Assembly (NCBI GenBank): GCA_001513075.1
Contig: LFSE01000067.1
Coordinates: forward strand, 23,233-87,232
Origin: Clostridiales bacterium DTU074
GTDB lineage: Bacteria; Bacillota; Clostridia; Caldicoprobacterales; Caldicoprobacteraceae
Length of the DNA stretch: 64,000 nt
Direction: 5' to 3'
The notes under the pieces are model-generated. The model did not search any database. It worked only from the letters and a program-made list of their open reading frames with translations, and was not told the DNA's origin. The translations under genes and the position numbers were made by a program. Positions 49,472 through 61,967 of this stretch are shown here, one piece after another (the stretch's first letter is position 1; each line of letters starts with the position of its first letter).

Positions 49472-52141
49472 TTGAAGATTTGTGAGATTAAGGCATTTAA
49501 AGGCAGGAGCATATACAGCCATAAAAAAGTTGTAAAGCTAACGGTGGATTTGGAGGAATGGGCAGACATACCTACAAAGGATATTGGACATTTCAATGAA
49601 AATTTGTTAAAAATACTTCCAGGGTTAAAAGAACATCATTGTTCAGTTGGCAAGCCAGGGGGCTTTGTCATGAGGCTTAACGAGGGTACATATCTGGCAC
49701 ATGTTATAGAACACTGCGCCCTGGAAATACAGAATATGCTGGGGTATAATGTAAGTTTTGGGCGAGCGCGACAGATAGAAAGTTCAAGCCGATATTACAT
49801 AGTCTATGAATACATCAACGAAGTGACGGGACTGGAGGTAGGAAGATTTACCGTAAGGTTAATGGAGTCCCTGTGTGGCGGAAGGCTTGTTGACATTAAG
49901 CCTGATATTGAAGCTATTAAAAAAAGGGCTATGAAAAGTGAACTGGGGCCAAGCAGCAAGGCAATAATGGATGCTGCCATCGAAAGGGGAATTCCGGTTA
50001 TCAGAATTGGTGACGGCAGCATACTGCAATTGGGATACGGAAAATACCAGAAAAGGATGGAAGCCACCATTACTGACAATACAAGTTGTATTTCGGTAGA
50101 CATTGCATGTGATAAAAGCACTACAAAAGAAATACTGGGCGAAGCAGGCATCCCGGTTCCAACGGGAGATGTTTGCACTATGGTCCATGATGCCCTGCAT
50201 ATTGCCGAAGAATTGGGATTTCCGGTTGTCGTCAAGCCCGAAAGGGGTAATCAGGGCAGGGGAGTGTCGCTAGCCCTAACGAGCCCGCAGGAAGTGGCTG
50301 AAGCATTTAGAATAGCAAAGAAAATTGATGAAAACGTAATAGTGGAAAAATACATACAGGGCAATGATTATCGAGTATTGGTAGTTGGAGATAGGGTGGT
50401 AGCTGTTTCTCAAAGAATTCCTGCTCATGTCATTGGAGATGGTAAACACACTATAGAACAGCTTGTTGAAATAACAAACATGGATGAACTGCGGGGCCAA
50501 GACCATGAAAAACCCCTTACAAAAATTAAGATCGATGAGATATCGATGGCATTGTTAAAAAAACAGGGGTTCACCCTTCAGAGCGTTCCTGCGCCGGGGA
50601 AAAGAGTTTTCTTAAGGTCAAACGGCAATATTAGTTCGGGAGGCATAGCGGTTGATCGTACCGATAGAATACATCCAAGAAACTGCGAAATAGCCATTAG
50701 AGCAGCTCAAATAATCGGCCTTGATATAGCCGGTGTTGATATTGCCTGCCCAGATATATCAACACCTATAGCGGAAGGACGAGGTGCGGTAATAGAGGTG
50801 AATGCGGCACCAGGTCTTCGAATGCATCTATATCCTTCGAAAGGTAAAAAGAGAAATGTGGCCAAGCATATAATCGATATGTTGTTTCCGTCGGGCAGCA
50901 GGCACTCAATTCCAGTTATATCCGTGACGGGCACAAACGGGAAGACCACAACCGTTCGAATGATAGTACACATACTGAGAGTTTACGGTTTTAACGTAGG
51001 TATGACTACCACCGGAGGAATCTATATCAACGATCGCTGCGTTATGAAAGGGGATACTACCGGACCGGCCAGTGCTAAAGTTGTACTGACCGACAAAAAT
51101 GTGGAAGTGGCGGTGCTGGAGACAGCCCGTGGAGGCATCATCCGCTCCGGTCTGGGTTATGATCTGAGCGATATTGGGGTACTGACAAATATTACCGAAG
51201 ATCATATCGGAATTGACGGGGTCTATAGCCTGGAGGATCTGTTGCATGTAAAGTCCCTTGTGGTGGAAGCGGTAAAAACCAATGGATATGTAGTGTTGAA
51301 TGCTGATGATCCAATGACGGTACAGGCAGCTAAAAGGGTACGTAGCAGTATTATATATTTTTCCAAGCAGGAGGATAATCTGGTAATACATAAACATCTT
51401 GCCGAAGGCGGGATTGCAGTATTCTTAAAGGGCGGACACATAACCATAGCAACCGGTGATGGCTTTATACAGGTCTTACCCATTTCAAGGATACCCGCCA
51501 CATATGATGGAAAGCTGGTTTATAACATAGAGAACAGCCTGGCTGCCGTAGGCGTAGCCTATGCAATGAAAATTCCGGTTGAGACAATTCAAAAAGCGTT
51601 GAGCTCCTTTTATACCGATGAACTGCAAAATCCCGGGCGATTTAACGTATTCAACATCAGGGACTTTAGGGTTGTGGTGGATTATGCCCATAATATAACT
51701 GGATACAGCCATACCATTGAAGCTGCAAAAAAGATGGGGGCATCGCGAATCATTGGAATCATCGGTGTTCCCGGGGACAGGGATGACAATACGATAAAAC
51801 GAATAGGACATATGTCCGGAAAATCATTTGATCATATCATTATAAAGGAGGATGAGGACCTAAGGGGGCGATGCAGGGGTGAGGTAGCGGAATTGCTTAA
51901 GGAGGGTGCTTTGAATGCTGGGATGGATCCGAGGAATATTCAAGTCATTCTTTCAGAGGTACGGGCATTAAGGACGGCTATGAAAAATGCAAAGGCAGGA
52001 GATCTGATTATCATATTCTACGAGAACTTCGAACCTGTAATTGCCGCTATAAAGGATGCTGTATTCAATCTTGAGCATACGGCTAAGCGCTATAGGGATG
52101 GAGAGAAACAAGATATGATTCTGAGTGCCACCAAGCTTTAA
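49472..52141 (+). CDS. cphA: Cyanophycin synthetase
   Basis: 889 aa. N-terminal CphA domain, ATP-grasp ('FPVVVKPERGNQGRGV'), and a Mur-ligase-like half ('VTGTNGKTTT', 'DYAHN'). TTG start 5 nt after the cphB stop. Confidence 0.93.
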   Translation: MKICEIKAFKGRSIYSHKKVVKLTVDLEEWADIPTKDIGHFNENLLKILPGLKEHHCSVGKPGGFVMRLNEGTYLAHVIEHCALEIQNMLGYNVSFGRARQIESSSRYYIVYEYINEVTGLEVGRFTVRLMESLCGGRLVDIKPDIEAIKKRAMKSELGPSSKAIMDAAIERGIPVIRIGDGSILQLGYGKYQKRMEATITDNTSCISVDIACDKSTTKEILGEAGIPVPTGDVCTMVHDALHIAEELGFPVVVKPERGNQGRGVSLALTSPQEVAEAFRIAKKIDENVIVEKYIQGNDYRVLVVGDRVVAVSQRIPAHVIGDGKHTIEQLVEITNMDELRGQDHEKPLTKIKIDEISMALLKKQGFTLQSVPAPGKRVFLRSNGNISSGGIAVDRTDRIHPRNCEIAIRAAQIIGLDIAGVDIACPDISTPIAEGRGAVIEVNAAPGLRMHLYPSKGKKRNVAKHIIDMLFPSGSRHSIPVISVTGTNGKTTTVRMIVHILRVYGFNVGMTTTGGIYINDRCVMKGDTTGPASAKVVLTDKNVEVAVLETARGGIIRSGLGYDLSDIGVLTNITEDHIGIDGVYSLEDLLHVKSLVVEAVKTNGYVVLNADDPMTVQAAKRVRSSIIYFSKQEDNLVIHKHLAEGGIAVFLKGGHITIATGDGFIQVLPISRIPATYDGKLVYNIENSLAAVGVAYAMKIPVETIQKALSSFYTDELQNPGRFNVFNIRDFRVVVDYAHNITGYSHTIEAAKKMGASRIIGIIGVPGDRDDNTIKRIGHMSGKSFDHIIIKEDEDLRGRCRGEVAELLKEGALNAGMDPRNIQVILSEVRALRTAMKNAKAGDLIIIFYENFEPVIAAIKDAVFNLEHTAKRYRDGEKQDMILSATKL

Positions 52142-52325
52142 TAAAATGAGGACCGTTTATCCGACAATTCTTTGCTATTATGGCTGGTATGGCTAGCAAT
52201 TTGTTACCCCTTTCACAAGAACATAATAAATCTAACCATAAGGCATTTAATGGAAGCAAACGATAATTAAGGTGTTTTGACATTTAATCTTTGTTTTATA
52301 TAATATTTATAGGAAAGGGGTAGCG

Positions 52326-53228
52326 TTGGTGTTAGTGGATTTTAAAGAAATTGAATTGAGCGATAAACCTGTCATTGATCATTATCTGTCTATGAGGTAT
52401 TACGAAAATTCCGAGTTTTCATTTTCTAATTTTTTTATATGGCGCTATGGTTTTAATCTTAGATTTGCAGTGCTGGATGATCATCTGTGTGTTATAGGCC
52501 GTCTGGGTGAAAGCTTCAATTTTATCTTCCCTCCATTGGGAAAAGATGGTGGAAACCTGGAACGGGCATTTATGAAGGTGATAGAGTTCTATAAAGCTCA
52601 GGGATATCCAATTGTAGTGAAATGCGTTACCGAACCCATGCGCATGTTAATTGAGCAGGTAATGCCCGGCTTTTTCCGCTTTGAGAGAGATCCAAACAAC
52701 GATGATTATGTATACAGGACTGACGATCTAATTAATTTGGAGGGAAAGAAATACCATCAAAAGAGAAATCATATTAACAAATTCCTGAAAAACTATGAAT
52801 ATACATACGAAAACATCGACGATAACAACATTGAAGAATGTATAGAAGTTGAAATTGAATGGATGAAAGGAAGGGAAGACAATAAAAGCTTGCAGGACGA
52901 AAAGGTGGCCATAATGGAAGCGTTGAACAACTTCCATGAGTTGGGACTAAAGGGCGGCGCACTGAGAATTGACGGCAGGATACAGGCTTTTTCCATTGGG
53001 GATCTATTGAATCCCGAAATGGCTGTCATTCACTTTGAGAAGGCCAATACCGAGTATCATGGTTCTTATGCCATGATCAATCAGCAGTTTGCGGCAAACT
53101 GCTGGAAGGATGTCCCATACATAAACAGGGAAGAGGATATGGGAATACCCGGGCTTCGCAAGGCAAAGAGGTCATACCATCCGGTTAAGATGGTGATAAA
53201 ATATACTGCATATCCGGTAAAGGAGTAG
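52326..53228 (+). CDS. DUF2156-domain protein (stand-alone homolog of the aminoacyl-phosphatidylglycerol synthase C-terminal domain)
   Basis: 300 aa. 'SEFSFSNFFIWRYGF', 'KKYHQKRNHINKF' and 'EEDMGIPGLRKAKRSYHP' fit the DUF2156/LPG_synthase_C pattern. No membrane domain. It has its own promoter (TTGACA, 16-nt spacer, TATAAT, upstream at about 52277-52304). Confidence 0.7.
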   Translation: MVLVDFKEIELSDKPVIDHYLSMRYYENSEFSFSNFFIWRYGFNLRFAVLDDHLCVIGRLGESFNFIFPPLGKDGGNLERAFMKVIEFYKAQGYPIVVKCVTEPMRMLIEQVMPGFFRFERDPNNDDYVYRTDDLINLEGKKYHQKRNHINKFLKNYEYTYENIDDNNIEECIEVEIEWMKGREDNKSLQDEKVAIMEALNNFHELGLKGGALRIDGRIQAFSIGDLLNPEMAVIHFEKANTEYHGSYAMINQQFAANCWKDVPYINREEDMGIPGLRKAKRSYHPVKMVIKYTAYPVKE

Positions 53229-53231
53229 TTT

Positions 53232-54389
53232 ATGCATATCAAAGTTCCAAGCGATGAAGATATAAAGCAAATAAAAGAGCTATGGAAATATTGCTTTGAC
53301 GATTCACCTGAATTTGTCGACTGGTTTTTTGCTAACAGGTACAGGAGCGAAAACACATTGGTATCCTGTGATGGAGATACCATCCGTTCAGCCCTTCAAC
53401 TTCTGCCTTATACGATAATGCTAAGGGACAGGCAGATGGACACCTCTTATTTGGTAGGGATGTCAACATGGCCTGAATACAGGGGCAGGGGTGATGCTGC
53501 CGCTTTGATCCGGCACGCCCTCAAAGTAATGCACCAGCGGCAGGAGTGGATATCGATTCTATTGCCTTTTCGATATGATTTTTATAGAAAATACGGCTGG
53601 GAAATTTGTTATCAACACTTGATGTACAAAGGCCATAACGAGATATTCAACAGTCCGGGCCGGCTTTCCGGAAAAATAATCCCGGTGTCTTTTGACATGA
53701 TTGATATATTAAACGAATGCTATCAGGCCTTTGTTAAACATTATAACGGTTATGTAATAAGAAGGAAGGACGATTGGGAAAGAATACTGGGAGATCTGTA
53801 TATCGAACACGGCAGCGGTTACATTGTATACGACAATTTTAGAGCCGCAGGTTATGTTCTCTTTACCATTACAAACCGGGAATTAAGGATACGAGAGCTT
53901 ATATATAATGCTCCGGGTGCCAAGGAAATTCTTTTGAAGCTGATTGCCAGCCACTATTCCCAATGCGATACCATTATATGGAATGCTCCGGCAGATGATA
54001 TTACATACGTGGATATGCCGGACTCCAGGGGCTTATTGTATAAGCAGACCTTTGTCATGGGCCGGATTGTGGATGTCAAGAATGCTTTAGCGGGAATAAA
54101 AGTGCGAGGGGATATTGATTTAAGCATCAAAGTTTTGGATGACATACTTCCATGGAATAACGGGGTATTCAGACTGAAGTGTATGAATGAAAGGGTCGAA
54201 GTGTCTTCAGCAGAGGGATTTCCTCAGGTTGTCGTTTCCATAAATACCCTTGCCCAGTTGCTGTGGGGATATATTACACCTGAACAGGCTGTTAGGCATG
54301 GAAAGCTTGAATGCTCCGACAGCAATGCCATGTGTACCTTAAAGGAAGTATTCAGTCCTGCTGTTCCATATATCATAGAGGATTATTGA
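53232..54389 (+). CDS. Eis-like GNAT acetyltransferase with C-terminal SCP2-type domain
   Basis: 385 aa. 'VGMSTWPEYRGRGDAAALIRHAL', 'LLPFRYDFYRKYGWE' and the tail 'LAQLLWGYITPEQAVRHGKLEC' match the Eis/COG4552 architecture. It starts 4 nt after the DUF2156 gene. Confidence 0.7.
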   Translation: MHIKVPSDEDIKQIKELWKYCFDDSPEFVDWFFANRYRSENTLVSCDGDTIRSALQLLPYTIMLRDRQMDTSYLVGMSTWPEYRGRGDAAALIRHALKVMHQRQEWISILLPFRYDFYRKYGWEICYQHLMYKGHNEIFNSPGRLSGKIIPVSFDMIDILNECYQAFVKHYNGYVIRRKDDWERILGDLYIEHGSGYIVYDNFRAAGYVLFTITNRELRIRELIYNAPGAKEILLKLIASHYSQCDTIIWNAPADDITYVDMPDSRGLLYKQTFVMGRIVDVKNALAGIKVRGDIDLSIKVLDDILPWNNGVFRLKCMNERVEVSSAEGFPQVVVSINTLAQLLWGYITPEQAVRHGKLECSDSNAMCTLKEVFSPAVPYIIEDY

Positions 54390-54563
54390 CTATAATTGTC
54401 CTGCACTGTCGGCGGAAATCTGCCTGTGAGCCATATCTGCCTTATCAAGATACGTCCATTTCCTTTTGATGCCAATTTCCGTATTCTTTCATTACCGAAA
54501 TAATCTTGGTGTAGCGTCAAATATTACAATTTCGTTACAGTTAAATCTAACCGAATTTGATTA

Positions 54564-54592
54564 TTGACAAATTTTTTATAAATTATTATAAT
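54564..54592 (+). promoter_or_regulatory. Consensus sigma-A promoter of the atp operon
   Basis: TTGACA (54564-69), a 17-nt spacer, then TATAAT (54587-92). Confidence 0.65.
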
Positions 54593-54703
54593 TTACATTT
54601 ATGTAAATAGTGTAAAGCGTTTTGGTGCATTACAAAGACATATTATGGTGTGAGTTCAGCATAATATAATATGATAGGCTGATACCAGAGGTGGTAGAAA
54701 CCC

Positions 54704-54985
54704 TTGAGGGTTATTGAAATATTAACCGGTTTAACCGGTGGTTTTTTAATTGAATTAATATTTATGCGGTTAAGCGAAAGGCTGATAGGGCGCCTGCTCC
54801 GATCGGACGGAGTGAAAGGAAAAATTTTGATATTTACAAGCATAAGAAACATGATAACACTGCTGCTTTTGATGTTTGCTGCAATGCATTCGATAGCAAT
54901 GATGTTATCGATGGGAGCCGGCAGCCTGATTTATATATATGTATATGCCATTATGAAGGGTATCCAAATTAAAAAGACCTTATGA
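54704..54985 (+). CDS. atpI: Small hydrophobic protein at the atpI position (ATP synthase protein I-like)
   Basis: 93 aa, 3 hydrophobic segments, first gene of the atp operon, TTG start. The call rests mainly on position. Confidence 0.45.
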   Translation: MRVIEILTGLTGGFLIELIFMRLSERLIGRLLRSDGVKGKILIFTSIRNMITLLLLMFAAMHSIAMMLSMGAGSLIYIYVYAIMKGIQIKKTL

Positions 54986-55003
54986 TAAATGGGGAGTGAT
55001 ATA

Positions 55004-55687
55004 GTGAAAGGTATAGAGATAGATATGAATCCCAAGACATGGTTTACCATACCCATTATGGGAGGCATACCGGTAACGGATGCCGTGTGCGTGTCGTGGA
55101 TGGTTGTTGCCGGTCTTATAATATTCGGTCTGATAGTCAGGTTTTATTATTTTCCGAAATTTCAGGAGATACCGCGGGGGTTTCAAAATATTCTGGAGCT
55201 CTTTGTTGAATGGATATATAGGTTTACCGGAGACTCGACTCATGAGTTCGGCAATGGCCTTGCACCCTATGTCGGGAGCCTTGCACTATATCTTGCCTTT
55301 ACCAACACGATAGAATTAATTGGCTTAAGGCCTCCTACAACCTATATCGCCATTACTCTTGCCTTGTCAATTATGACGTTTTTTCTGATAAACTACTACG
55401 GCATCAGAAAGAAAGGGGTATGGGGGAGAATACGGGATTATGGGAAACCGGTACCATTTATAGCACCGATAAAGGTCATTACCGATTTGGCCATACCCGT
55501 TTCTCTGGCCTCCCGATTATTTGGGAACATTTTGGGGGGGTTAGTGGTGATGGAATTGATACGCAAGGTGGTTCCCCTTGTGGTGCCGGCGTTTTTATCA
55601 ATATATTTTACTCTGTTCGATGGAATTATTCAGACGTTCATATTTATCACGCTGTCCTTAGCTTTTATTCAGGAAGCCATCGAATAA
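55004..55687 (+). CDS. atpB: F0F1 ATP synthase subunit a
   Basis: The essential Arg region 'PVSLASRLFGNILGG' and 5 TM helices. GTG 55004 (RBS ggggag) or ATG 55025. Confidence 0.9.
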   Translation: MKGIEIDMNPKTWFTIPIMGGIPVTDAVCVSWMVVAGLIIFGLIVRFYYFPKFQEIPRGFQNILELFVEWIYRFTGDSTHEFGNGLAPYVGSLALYLAFTNTIELIGLRPPTTYIAITLALSIMTFFLINYYGIRKKGVWGRIRDYGKPVPFIAPIKVITDLAIPVSLASRLFGNILGGLVVMELIRKVVPLVVPAFLSIYFTLFDGIIQTFIFITLSLAFIQEAIE

Positions 55688-55942
<255 letters not shown>

Positions 55943-55985
55943 TAGCATATTATCTATTCTGTTAAAAGGAAATGGTGAATCTTGT

Positions 55986-56468
55986 ATGAAGGAGTATATT
56001 TGGACTTTCATCTTCCAGATATTAAACCTAATGGTGTTGTATGTGTTCATGAGGTGGCTTTTGTTCAAGCCGATAAAGAATTACCTGGACAGGCGTACCC
56101 AGGCCTTTCAGGCCAAGAAGGAGGAATTGGACAGACTCCAAAATGAGATAGAAGCCAACAGGCAGTTATCCAAAGAAGAACTTGAAAGGGTACGCCAGCA
56201 GGTAAGGCTTATAATGGAAGAAGCTGAACAAACCGCACAGGCTAGGATTATAGAAGCGGAGAAGAAAGCGCAACAGCAGGCCGAGGCAATAATCGAAGAG
56301 GCAAGGCGGAAAATTGAAGACGAGCGGGTACAGGCTATTGAGACGCTTAAAGATCAGGCAGCCATTCTGGCTGTTGAAATGGCTTCCAGGATAATAAAAA
56401 CTCATTTCACCGCTGAAGATAACAGGGATTTAATTAACGAATTTCTTGAGAAGGTGGAGTTAAAGTGA
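55986..56468 (+). CDS. atpF: F0F1 ATP synthase subunit b
   Basis: N-terminal TM helix, '[12 protein letters not shown]', and a long charged helix. 160 aa from ATG 55986. Confidence 0.88.
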   Translation: MKEYIWTFIFQILNLMVLYVFMRWLLFKPIKNYLDRRTQAFQAKKEELDRLQNEIEANRQLSKEELERVRQQVRLIMEEAEQTAQARIIEAEKKAQQQAEAIIEEARRKIEDERVQAIETLKDQAAILAVEMASRIIKTHFTAEDNRDLINEFLEKVELK

Positions 56469-58252
56469 CAGACAATATAGAAACCGGAATTATATGGTCT
56501 GCTTATCCGCTGGAACAGAGTGTTATATCGCAAATAGAGAATAGATTTTCCGACCTATTAGGAAAAAGGATCAAGTTTGATGTAAGAATTAAGCCTGAGA
56601 TTATTGGCGGTATCATAGTAACCATAGGTGACAAAGAATATGATGGAAGTATATACGGACAGCTCAACAGAATGAAAAGCCATCTTCTGGGTTTGAAGAA
56701 GGGCGATATCGCCAATATGGGAGTCAGCATACGCACGGAAGACCATATCACCGAAATGCAATCCATAGGAGAGTTTATTCATAATAGGATTCAGGAATAC
56801 GAGCAAGAGGCCGATATCGAGGATATCGGCTATGTGGTCCGTTCCGGAGATGGTGTGGTTACGGTAGATGGTCTGAGCAATTGCAGATATGGAGAACTTC
56901 TAAGGTTTGAAGGCAATGCATTTGGAATAGCTTTTAACCTTGAAAGGGATGCGGTGGGGGTTGTACTGCTCAACAACCAGCAATCTGTAACAGAAGGTAC
57001 AATGGTGTATAGCACCGGGCGTGTGGTCCAGGTTCCGGTTGGTGAGGGTTTGCTGGGGAGGGTGGTAAATCCTCTGGGCCAGCCATTGGATGGTAAGGGC
57101 AGTATACATGCAGCTCATTACAGGGAGATCGAAGAGAAGGCCCCGGGTATATATGACAGGGACGCGGTAAACGAACCCCTGCAAACAGGCCTGCTGGCCA
57201 TAGATTCGATGATACCTATTGGCAGGGGACAACGCCAGTTGATCATCGGAGACAGGCAGACCGGAAAGACTGCTATCGCTTTGGATACAATTATCAATCA
57301 AAGGGATAAGGATGTAATCTGCGTCTATGTAGCCATCGGTCAAAAGGCATCCACTATTTCTCAGGTAATCAATGTCTTAAAAAATACGGGGGCCATGGAT
57401 TATACCATTGTAGTCTCCGCTACAGCCAGCGATTCGGCTCCCATGCAGTACATTGCGCCGTATGCCGGTTGTGCCATGGCTGAATATTTTATGTATGGTG
57501 GAAAGGATGTTCTTATCCTTTATGATGATCTAAGCAAACATGCAATAGCCTACAGGACCTTATCACTGCTTTTGCGGCGTCCCCCGGGAAGGGAAGCATA
57601 CCCCGGAGATATTTTTTACCTCCATTCCAGGCTGCTGGAACGTGCAGCCAAGCTAAAGAAGGAAAAAGGAGGCGGTTCGTTGACGGCGTTGCCCATTGTT
57701 GAAACCCAAGCCGGCGATATCTCGGGATATATTCCTACCAACATCATATCGATAACAGACGGTCAGCTTTTTTTAGAAGATGAACTGTTTTTTGCCGGTA
57801 TTCGTCCGGCTGTAAATGTGGGTTTGTCGGTTTCCAGGGTGGGTAAGGCCGCTCAGACCAAGGCCATGGCAAAGGTTTCGGGTACCCTGCGTCTGGAACT
57901 GGCACAGTATCGTGAGTTGGAGGTTTTTTCACAGTTCAGTGCGGAATTGGATCGATCTACGCAGGAGCTGCTGGCTCAGGGCGAAAGGATTACCGAGATA
58001 TTGAAGCAGGAGCAGTATAATCCCATGGATATGGCACACCAGGTTGTTCTTCTGTACGTGGCTACCCGAAAAATGCTTCTGGATGTTCCTCTGAACAGGA
58101 TCCAGGAGTTTAAACGGCAGTTTATCGAATATATTGATCGCTATCACGTGGAAATTATAGACAGCATCAAAAAAAGCGGGGATATTACACAAGATGATAT
58201 GAGCCGGATTGACGATGCAGTCAAAGATTTTAAAAAGATGTTTATGCAGTAA
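56465..58252 (+). CDS. atpA: Fusion of delta-subunit C-terminal domain (aa 1-84) to full-length F1 alpha subunit (aa 85-595)
   Basis: GTG 56465 overlaps the atpF stop (gtga), which is the usual atpH position. Residues 9-75, '[66 protein letters not shown]', follow the conserved C-terminal pattern of delta/OSCP (V.SA.PL....I...L...GK.V.....VDP.LIGG..V.IGD...DGS....L..L). No stop separates this from '[10 protein letters not shown]...' at ATG 56717. From there a normal alpha continues, with the P-loop 'GDRQTGKT'. Confidence 0.85.
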   Translation: MTDNIETGIIWSAYPLEQSVISQIENRFSDLLGKRIKFDVRIKPEIIGGIIVTIGDKEYDGSIYGQLNRMKSHLLGLKKGDIANMGVSIRTEDHITEMQSIGEFIHNRIQEYEQEADIEDIGYVVRSGDGVVTVDGLSNCRYGELLRFEGNAFGIAFNLERDAVGVVLLNNQQSVTEGTMVYSTGRVVQVPVGEGLLGRVVNPLGQPLDGKGSIHAAHYREIEEKAPGIYDRDAVNEPLQTGLLAIDSMIPIGRGQRQLIIGDRQTGKTAIALDTIINQRDKDVICVYVAIGQKASTISQVINVLKNTGAMDYTIVVSATASDSAPMQYIAPYAGCAMAEYFMYGGKDVLILYDDLSKHAIAYRTLSLLLRRPPGREAYPGDIFYLHSRLLERAAKLKKEKGGGSLTALPIVETQAGDISGYIPTNIISITDGQLFLEDELFFAGIRPAVNVGLSVSRVGKAAQTKAMAKVSGTLRLELAQYRELEVFSQFSAELDRSTQELLAQGERITEILKQEQYNPMDMAHQVVLLYVATRKMLLDVPLNRIQEFKRQFIEYIDRYHVEIIDSIKKSGDITQDDMSRIDDAVKDFKKMFMQ

Positions 58253-58272
58253 ATTGCTAACAGGTGGTATTT

Positions 58273-60569
<2,297 letters not shown>

Positions 60570-60579
60570 GGTGGTGCCT

Positions 60580-60993
60580 GTGGCAAGCGAGTTTTATCTT
60601 GAAGTGATAACTCCTGAAAGAACTTTTTTTCAGGGAAATGTTGAGATGATCATTGTAAACAGCCTGGATGGAGAACTGGGTATTATGAGAGGACATGTTC
60701 CTATGGTGGCATCAATTGCCATTGGTTCGCTCAAGATAAAGCAGAACGGCAAATGGCGCGAAGCTGCCATCAATGAAGGGTTTATGGAAGTACTTCCTGA
60801 TCGGACTATTATTCTGTCCCATTCGGTGGAATGGCCGGAGGAGATAGATGCCAGACGTGCCCAGGCCGCTTTGGAACGGGCTCAGGAGCGGGTACGCCAG
60901 CGAAGAAGCATGAAGGAATACTACCAATCCAAAGCAGCCATGGCCCGGGCTATGTCAAGGTTGAAAGTTAAAAAGAGGTATAATATTGATTAG
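60580..60993 (+). CDS. atpC: F0F1 ATP synthase subunit epsilon
   Basis: '[38 protein letters not shown]', then a C-terminal helical hairpin. GTG 60580. Confidence 0.88.
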   Translation: MASEFYLEVITPERTFFQGNVEMIIVNSLDGELGIMRGHVPMVASIAIGSLKIKQNGKWREAAINEGFMEVLPDRTIILSHSVEWPEEIDARRAQAALERAQERVRQRRSMKEYYQSKAAMARAMSRLKVKKRYNID

Positions 60994-61010
60994 GGCGCCA
61001 TATAAACCGG

Positions 61011-61817
61011 TCATGGAATGGGTACAAAGCTTGGTACCCGATGGGTGAATGATGTCAGCTGGTTAATACCCAAATTTTTAACTCTTTCAAGAGTGTTATC
61101 AAACTCAAACGCCAGATATTCGGGTCTATGGGCATCCGAACCCAGGGTTATAATCTTACCACCCAGCTGTATGTAGCGGCGGATGATATCCGGGTGGGGC
61201 ATGGGCGATTTTGATGCATGCTGGCAGCCGGATGTATTTATCTCAAGCCCTTTCCCTTTGCTAACCAATACTCTAATTATATCATCCACCAGGCTGTTGC
61301 ATAGCAGGTGATCCTTTTCGCCCGGCGGAAAGGGAGAATAGCGCTTTATATAATCCAGATGTCCCAAAACATCAAACTCATCGTATGATCTTATAAGGGA
61401 CAAAATTTCCTGATAGTACAAATAGTAGCATTCTTCTTTGGTCCTGCCGGTATAATACTCTCCCAGACAGGGATCAACCCGGTTGACCAAATGTACCGAG
61501 GCAATTACAAAATCAAAGGGATAGGATTGAATGATATCGGTGCATTCTTCCAGAATATGGGGTTGAAGGCCGATTTCAATTCCCTTCTTAATATTTATGC
61601 TCCCTTTATACTTTTCTTTTATTTTCCCGAGATCTTCAAAATACCGATCCAACATTTTTACATCAAACGGAGGAATGGCCGTATTAGGCCAATCCATATC
61701 TATGTGGTCGGTAATAGCGATTTCTGCCAAACCAAGTTCAATAGCCCGTAAGCAAGCAGTTTCCATTGACATTTGACCGTCGGGTGAATATGTGGTATGA
61801 ATATGGTAGTCAAACAA
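61011..61817 (-). CDS. hisK: PHP-family histidinol-phosphatase (HisK/HisJ type)
   Basis: 'FDYHIHTTYSPDG', 'ITDH', 'SVH' and 'GSDAH' metal-ligand motifs. 268 aa. Convergent with atpC. Confidence 0.85.
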   Translation of the reverse strand: MFDYHIHTTYSPDGQMSMETACLRAIELGLAEIAITDHIDMDWPNTAIPPFDVKMLDRYFEDLGKIKEKYKGSINIKKGIEIGLQPHILEECTDIIQSYPFDFVIASVHLVNRVDPCLGEYYTGRTKEECYYLYYQEILSLIRSYDEFDVLGHLDYIKRYSPFPPGEKDHLLCNSLVDDIIRVLVSKGKGLEINTSGCQHASKSPMPHPDIIRRYIQLGGKIITLGSDAHRPEYLAFEFDNTLERVKNLGINQLTSFTHRVPSFVPIP

Positions 61818-61967
61818 CTTCTATCCCTGCTTTCAGTTTAATGTTCATAACATGTATTTTACTGTTTTTAAACGCCCCGGTCAATAACGCAATCATGGTA
61901 TCGGCTTTGAAATTGTATTATGTATGGTTTTAGATTGTGCAGACAAAAAAGAAAGGAGATACGATTG

